This document shows, one piece after another, positions 59,606-64,000 of a stretch of 64,000 nt of DNA (its first letter is position 1; each line of letters begins with the position of its first letter). Source of the stretch: Gemmatimonadaceae bacterium (GTDB lineage: Bacteria > Gemmatimonadota > Gemmatimonadetes > Gemmatimonadales > Gemmatimonadaceae); contig JBPPMH010000100.1 in NCBI GenBank assembly GCA_051305945.1, positions 782 to 64,781 of the forward strand, written 5' to 3'. Both the position numbers and the translations under genes were made by a program. The notes below the pieces were generated by a model. It made no database searches. It was given only the letters and a program-made list of their open reading frames with translations, and was not told the DNA's origin.

Positions 59606-60006
59606 TGCCGGTCCCGCGCGGGACGGCGTCCGCCAGGGCGCTGCGACACAGCGGGCGCGTGTTCGCGTTCACGCTGATGGGCGGCTTCCTCGTTGTCGCC
59701 GGCGTCGCGTACTGGCGGGGATCCGACACCGTGCGGACGGTCGCACAGCTATTGGCGCTGGTCGCTTTTCTGGCGGGTGTGCTGGTTCCGGGCCGGCTCG
59801 AGCCTGTCCGGGCAGGGTGGATGCGCTTCGGCGAGGCCATCGGCCGCGTGACCACGCCTGTCCTCCTGGCGATCGTGTACTATGGGGTCCTGACGCCTAC
59901 GGCGCTTGTGAGAAGGCTGACAGCCGGGCGCGACGAGGCGCTGGCCTCCGGATGGCACGAGCGTCCTCCTTCACCGGCGCCGGCCCGGATGGAGCGTCAG
60001 TTCTAA
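59605..60006 (+). CDS. SxtJ-like membrane protein
   Basis: I chose the ATG at 59605 (TGATG overlap with the carbamoyltransferase). It has two to three TM segments (FAFTLMGGFLVVAGVAYW, LLALVAFLAGVLV, VLLAIVYYGVLTP). The family call comes from context and pattern. Confidence 0.55.
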   Translation: MPVPRGTASARALRHSGRVFAFTLMGGFLVVAGVAYWRGSDTVRTVAQLLALVAFLAGVLVPGRLEPVRAGWMRFGEAIGRVTTPVLLAIVYYGVLTPTALVRRLTAGRDEALASGWHERPPSPAPARMERQF

Positions 60007-60022
60007 TGGGAGAGGTGAGTCG

Positions 60023-60175
60023 ATGCTGAGCGTGATCCGCGAGCTGTGGGCGTTCATGCGCGAGCGAAAGAAGCTCTGGCTGGCGCCGATCATCGTGGTG
60101 ATGGTCCTGATAAGCGGCCTGCTCTTTTTGGCCCAGGGAACGGCGCTGGCGCCCTTCATCTACTCGATCTTCTAG
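60023..60175 (+). CDS. 50-aa DUF5989/SxtK-like small membrane protein (absent from the ORF track because it is under 60 aa)
   Basis: My translation is MLSVIRELWAFMRERKKLWLAPIIVVMVLISGLLFLAQGTALAPFIYSIF*. A GGAGAGG sits 7-13 nt upstream. Confidence 0.6.
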   Translation: MLSVIRELWAFMRERKKLWLAPIIVVMVLISGLLFLAQGTALAPFIYSIF

Positions 60176-60187
60176 CGCGCCGCGCGC

Positions 60188-60227
60188 AAAAAAAACCGGG
60201 TGCGCGCTCCGAAGAACGCGCACCCGG
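60188..60227 (-). terminator. Rho-independent terminator for the SusC/SusD operon (could also act on the plus-strand cassette)
   Basis: The 11-bp stem CCGGGTGCGCG / CGCGCACCCGG has a 10-nt loop. It is followed on the minus strand by T8 (plus-strand A8 at 60188-60195). It lies 24 nt downstream of the susD stop. Confidence 0.75.
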
Positions 60228-60250
60228 CCGTGTTGCGTGTAGCGTGGAGC

Positions 60251-61768
60251 TTACATGCCCGTCGGGTTCTCTGCAGCGCCGCCGAACGTGTAGATCTGCT
60301 GTCCGAGCGTCTCCAACTCCTTCGCAGGAAGCGGAAGGTGGCGCCACGTACCCGGTTGGAGCCTGTCCGTCAGGCCATGCCGCGCCCAGAACAGATCGTT
60401 ACCGTTCGTGAACAGCAACTCGACCTGTCGCTCGTAGTCAACCGCGGTAAGCAGCACCGCGTCCGACTCCGCGCCGGTCAGAGGCGTCATCTGGCCCCTG
60501 CCCACGCGGCTGTTATTTATCAGCCCGGCCGCGGTGACCTTGCTGCCGCCCGAGCGGATGAGAGCCTCGGCGCGAACGAGATCGCTCTCGGCCGCGAGGA
60601 CGTACGGCATCGGGCCAAGGCCCGGCGTCGCCGCTTCCCACGAGCAACAGATATACCGCTTGTGGAACCACGGGCTCTGCATGTAGATGCCGCGGCCCGG
60701 GTCGCCGATGACCCCCCCGACGTGGAGGAAGTCCGACGTGTACCGCGCGTCGGGCGACGTGCCGGCCGGCTTGATCGTGCCGTTGAACTTCTCGTCCGTG
60801 GTCTTCGGCTCTTCCATCAGCCTGATGAGGCGTTGGTCGATGCGAACCCAGCTTCTGAGATTACCGTACAGGAGCAGGTACGACCACCAGTCCGTGCCGT
60901 CACCCATGATGGTGAAGTCGAACGGCGCGCCGGCCGAACCGGTTCCGATCCCCTTGTCGGCAAGCTGAGCGACCTTCGCCCAGTTCACCGCCGCCGCTTC
61001 CGTCGCGTTGCGCGGCGTAGCAGCCATGGTGATCGCGGCCATGGTGTTCGCGATACGGGCCATACGGCTCGAGTTGAAACCGCCCTGTATCGGGAACTCC
61101 GCGGGGTCGTACGTGAAGCTGGTTCCGGCAGCGGCCGTAGCCAGCGCTTCCCACTTGGCCAGCGCGGCCGCCGACACGTCGGCGTACGGCTGCAGCACGG
61201 GGAGCGCGCCAGACAGGTCGAACGTCTCGTCAATGATGAAGGCCTGGTCGAACACGAGCCCGACCTTCATCAGGGTCGCAGCCTGCGTGAACTGCGCGAG
61301 ATGCTTGTACTTCTCCGTGTTTCCGGTGCCGGGGATGACGATCCCCCCGGTGGTCAGCGCCCGAAGGGCGTCGTTGGCAGCTCCCAGAGCGGCGTAGTTG
61401 TAGTTCCATGGATTCTCGGTAACCCAGCGGTCTGGGCCAGACGAGTTGTTATTGTAGGGGATACGCGGCTCGAGATTGTTGAACCGCATGCCGAAGTTAC
61501 CGTAGTTCCCCGTCGCCATGTCGGCCGTCACGGACGAAACCATTTCGAAGCCGGCGTCATCTAGGCGCCCCGGGCCAAATGGCAGCGTATTTGACAGATA
61601 CCATGACCTGACGGACGAAACCGCGATGTTCTGCACGTCCGCCGGAGAGGCCAGCGCCCGGACGATGTCCGGGTTGTTCGGGTTGGTTACTTCGAGGTCA
61701 CCACAGCCGCTACCAACCAGCAGCGCGGCCGCGCCGACCATCGTGTAAAGCTTTCTCAGTCTAATCAT
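60251..61768 (-). CDS. RagB/SusD-family outer-membrane lipoprotein
   Basis: It has the lipoprotein signal AALLVGSGCGD and typical length, and it lies immediately downstream of a SusC-like gene. Confidence 0.8.
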   Translation of the reverse strand: MIRLRKLYTMVGAAALLVGSGCGDLEVTNPNNPDIVRALASPADVQNIAVSSVRSWYLSNTLPFGPGRLDDAGFEMVSSVTADMATGNYGNFGMRFNNLEPRIPYNNNSSGPDRWVTENPWNYNYAALGAANDALRALTTGGIVIPGTGNTEKYKHLAQFTQAATLMKVGLVFDQAFIIDETFDLSGALPVLQPYADVSAAALAKWEALATAAAGTSFTYDPAEFPIQGGFNSSRMARIANTMAAITMAATPRNATEAAAVNWAKVAQLADKGIGTGSAGAPFDFTIMGDGTDWWSYLLLYGNLRSWVRIDQRLIRLMEEPKTTDEKFNGTIKPAGTSPDARYTSDFLHVGGVIGDPGRGIYMQSPWFHKRYICCSWEAATPGLGPMPYVLAAESDLVRAEALIRSGGSKVTAAGLINNSRVGRGQMTPLTGAESDAVLLTAVDYERQVELLFTNGNDLFWARHGLTDRLQPGTWRHLPLPAKELETLGQQIYTFGGAAENPTGM

Positions 61769-61795
61769 TTATGGCTCCCTCGGTCGAGGCAGAGA

Positions 61796-64000
61796 TCAGA
61801 ACGTGATCTCTACCTGACCAGTGAATGTCCGGAAGTTGGGATACTTGAAACCGTCCATGCGGAAGTTGAAGTCCGAGCCGGAAGTGACGTCCGGATCGAA
61901 CCCGGTGTAATCGCTCCACGTCAGCAGATTCCGGCCAATGAGCGCCAGCTTGATGCCGCTGGCGAACCGGTTGAGACCGGCAACCTGCAACGCGCGATCG
62001 CCCAGACGGTACGCGACCGACAGCTCACGCAGCTTCACGTAGGAGCCGTCTTCCACGAAGTAGTCGTTCGCGACAAGACCGTTGTACAACCCGGCCGCGA
62101 AAAAGTTCAGCGGAACCTTGTCGGCGTCCGCCTTGCCCGCCATGTCCAGATCGCCATGACGGTGATCCTGGAACATCCACTGCTTGGTGAAGTTGTACAC
62201 GTCACCACCCCTCTGCCCGTCGAACAGGGCGTAGATCGAGAAGGCGTTCCAGCGGATGTTGTTCGCGAACCCGAAGCTGAGGTCGGGGTTTACGTCACCG
62301 ATAATGTGCTGGGTCTCACCAGCGGCATTGATGTACGGGATCGCCGCGTTACGGCCGGCGGGCGTATTACGAACGAGGTAACCCAGAGCGTTGACGATGT
62401 AGTCACTCTCCGTGCACAAGACTGGTGCCGCCACGGTGCCGCAGTTCTGGTTGATGGCCCGCTTGGGATCATCCGCCAGCTCCGCGAAGCTACGGACCCA
62501 CTTGGCGCCGTAGATGATTCCGAGCGGCGCGCCTTCCTTGTAGTAGAAAGCATCCTGACCCTGGTCGCCCTCGGGGTTAACGCGGAACGGCGCGCGACCG
62601 AGCTTGAGGATCTTCTGGCTGGTCTTGTCGCCGGTCAGGCTGAACGAGTAGCCAAAGGTCGGCCGGTCGAACACCCTGGTCTGCAACATGAACTCGGTGG
62701 TCTTGGCTTCGACGTCGGCCGCGTTCCGAACCTGCTGCGAGAAGCCGCCCGACTGCGCCACGGAGAGCGGGATGTTCAGGAAGGCGCCACGGGTGATGCG
62801 ATTCGCCTGCACCAGCTCCAGGTCGAACCGGCTGCCGAACGTGGTGTTGATGCCGAACTCCTTCTCGGTCTGAATTGCCGGCTTCAGCAACACGTTGCCG
62901 AGCTGGGCCTTCGAGATGGTTCCGGAGCCCAGGGAGTAGTACTCGTACTGGTCGAGGAAGCTCGGGCGAAGGCCCGCCGTTCCCTGCGCCGCACGAATCT
63001 TGAATTCCTGAACGCCAGGAATCGTGAAGTCTTCGCTGATTCTCCACGCTCCGGAGACACGATAGAAGTTCTCGCGGCGGTTGTCCGGGCCGAACAGCGA
63101 GGATCCATCGCTACGGAAGAGGAAGTCCAGCAGGTACCGATCGCGGATGTCGAACGCCTGCGATCCGAGATAGTTGATCGTGCGCGACGTCGCGTCGAAT
63201 GAGTTTACGAAGTTGTTAGCCGGGTCCACGGCGCCCAGATCGGTCACTCCGGTGACGTTCAGCTTGTTGCCCGACGCCGTGAAGAAGCTCTGGTTGAACT
63301 CTTCGTACGAATACCCCAGACGGGACGTGGAGACCACACCGCCGAACCTTCCGGTCGCCGTGGCGTTCAGTGCCGCATTCTCGGAGACGTTGTTGTCCGT
63401 ATCCCGCTGAATGTAGCCCTCGCTCGGAACACCGACCGTGCTCAGGTAGCCGCGGAAGTCATACGTGCTCTCACGCGCATTCAGACGGTCCGTGCCGTAG
63501 CTGGCCTCGAGGCGCAGCCAGTCAACCGGACGATACCGCGCCGACGCGGAGCCGATGATGCGCTCGCGGCGGAGCGTGTACTCCCGGTTCGCCAACGCGT
63601 ACAGCGGGTTGTCCCGCGCGCTGGGGGATGGGACCTTGGGATAGAACTCGACCGAATCCGGGTACGGCTTCCGAAGGTCGATTTCCGGCGGCATTTGCAT
63701 GAACGTAAACCATGACTGTGCGCCGTTGGGGTTGTAGTCGTTCTTGTTGACACCGTACGTAGCGCTGAAGGAAACGTCGGCCCGCGAACCGATACCCTGG
63801 TCCACGTTCAGGCGGACGTTCTGCCGGAACTGACCGGACGTGAGCGGCAGAATTCCACCGTTGCGGTCGGCGGTGTAGGAACTGTGGAAATTCGTCGCCC
63901 CACGCCGCGCCCCCATCTGGAAATTGTTGCTGTAAAAGACGCTGCCGTCTCCCAGCCAGTCCTTCAGGTGATTGCGCCACCGGCTCGGGCCGGTCGTCAG
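61796..64000 (-). CDS. SusC/RagA-family TonB-dependent outer-membrane transporter; N-terminus lies beyond the window end
   Basis: The frame is open to nt 64000. It has a beta-barrel pattern and a C-terminal ...FRTFTGQVEITF with a terminal Phe. Confidence 0.85.
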   Translation of the reverse strand: MTTGPSRWRNHLKDWLGDGSVFYSNNFQMGARRGATNFHSSYTADRNGGILPLTSGQFRQNVRLNVDQGIGSRADVSFSATYGVNKNDYNPNGAQSWFTFMQMPPEIDLRKPYPDSVEFYPKVPSPSARDNPLYALANREYTLRRERIIGSASARYRPVDWLRLEASYGTDRLNARESTYDFRGYLSTVGVPSEGYIQRDTDNNVSENAALNATATGRFGGVVSTSRLGYSYEEFNQSFFTASGNKLNVTGVTDLGAVDPANNFVNSFDATSRTINYLGSQAFDIRDRYLLDFLFRSDGSSLFGPDNRRENFYRVSGAWRISEDFTIPGVQEFKIRAAQGTAGLRPSFLDQYEYYSLGSGTISKAQLGNVLLKPAIQTEKEFGINTTFGSRFDLELVQANRITRGAFLNIPLSVAQSGGFSQQVRNAADVEAKTTEFMLQTRVFDRPTFGYSFSLTGDKTSQKILKLGRAPFRVNPEGDQGQDAFYYKEGAPLGIIYGAKWVRSFAELADDPKRAINQNCGTVAAPVLCTESDYIVNALGYLVRNTPAGRNAAIPYINAAGETQHIIGDVNPDLSFGFANNIRWNAFSIYALFDGQRGGDVYNFTKQWMFQDHRHGDLDMAGKADADKVPLNFFAAGLYNGLVANDYFVEDGSYVKLRELSVAYRLGDRALQVAGLNRFASGIKLALIGRNLLTWSDYTGFDPDVTSGSDFNFRMDGFKYPNFRTFTGQVEITF

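Overview
This is a high-G+C bacterial chromosomal segment. The gene content (a SusC/SusD pair, an ECF sigma factor next to a Ser/Thr kinase, many lipoproteins) hints at a Gemmatimonadota- or Acidobacteriota-like organism, but that is a guess. All family names come from reading the ORF-track translations and the DNA; no searches were run.

Most of the window is core metabolism and envelope functions:
- tdk and coaE
- gcvH and gcvP
- an LplA-like ligase
- a peptide ABC transporter (Opp/Dpp type) plus a POT peptide transporter
- a lipA-pdhA-pdhB-E2-lpd-lipB block
- a UvrD-like helicase
- a carbamoyltransferase cassette
- SusD/SusC

Four things stand out:
1. A tightly overlapping minus-strand operon (9229 down to 510) joins a stand-alone RAM-domain protein, NurA-like and HerA-like genes, an exported protein, SbcD(Mre11), SbcC(Rad50) and a GNAT. 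This resembles the archaeal mre11-rad50-herA-nurA arrangement, here in a bacterium.
2. A visibly lower-G+C accessory tract lies at about 24.8-29.7 kb, downstream of gcvP. A 2.6-kb islet inside it carries VapBC, a decayed HigBA, a ParE-type pair and an Rx4H (HEPN-like) protein. The islet is bracketed by a diverged 476-bp direct duplication of the gcvP 3' end, and no integrase is visible. The same tract encodes an octapeptide-repeat protein.
3. A family of short tandem repeats sits directly after stop codons at six or more intergenic sites: (GTCACTA)n built on the ACTAGT palindrome, (CCAACAG)n, and a 12-mer. One instance is a perfect 25-nt palindrome between lpd and lipB.
4. Several lesions or unusual genes are present: a frameshifted GT4 glycosyltransferase, a frameshifted higA, a truncated higB, a thioredoxin-like gene whose signal peptide lacks a canonical start codon, and a DEAD-box-like protein with no ATPase motifs.

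No rRNA, tRNA, CRISPR array or transposase was recognised.
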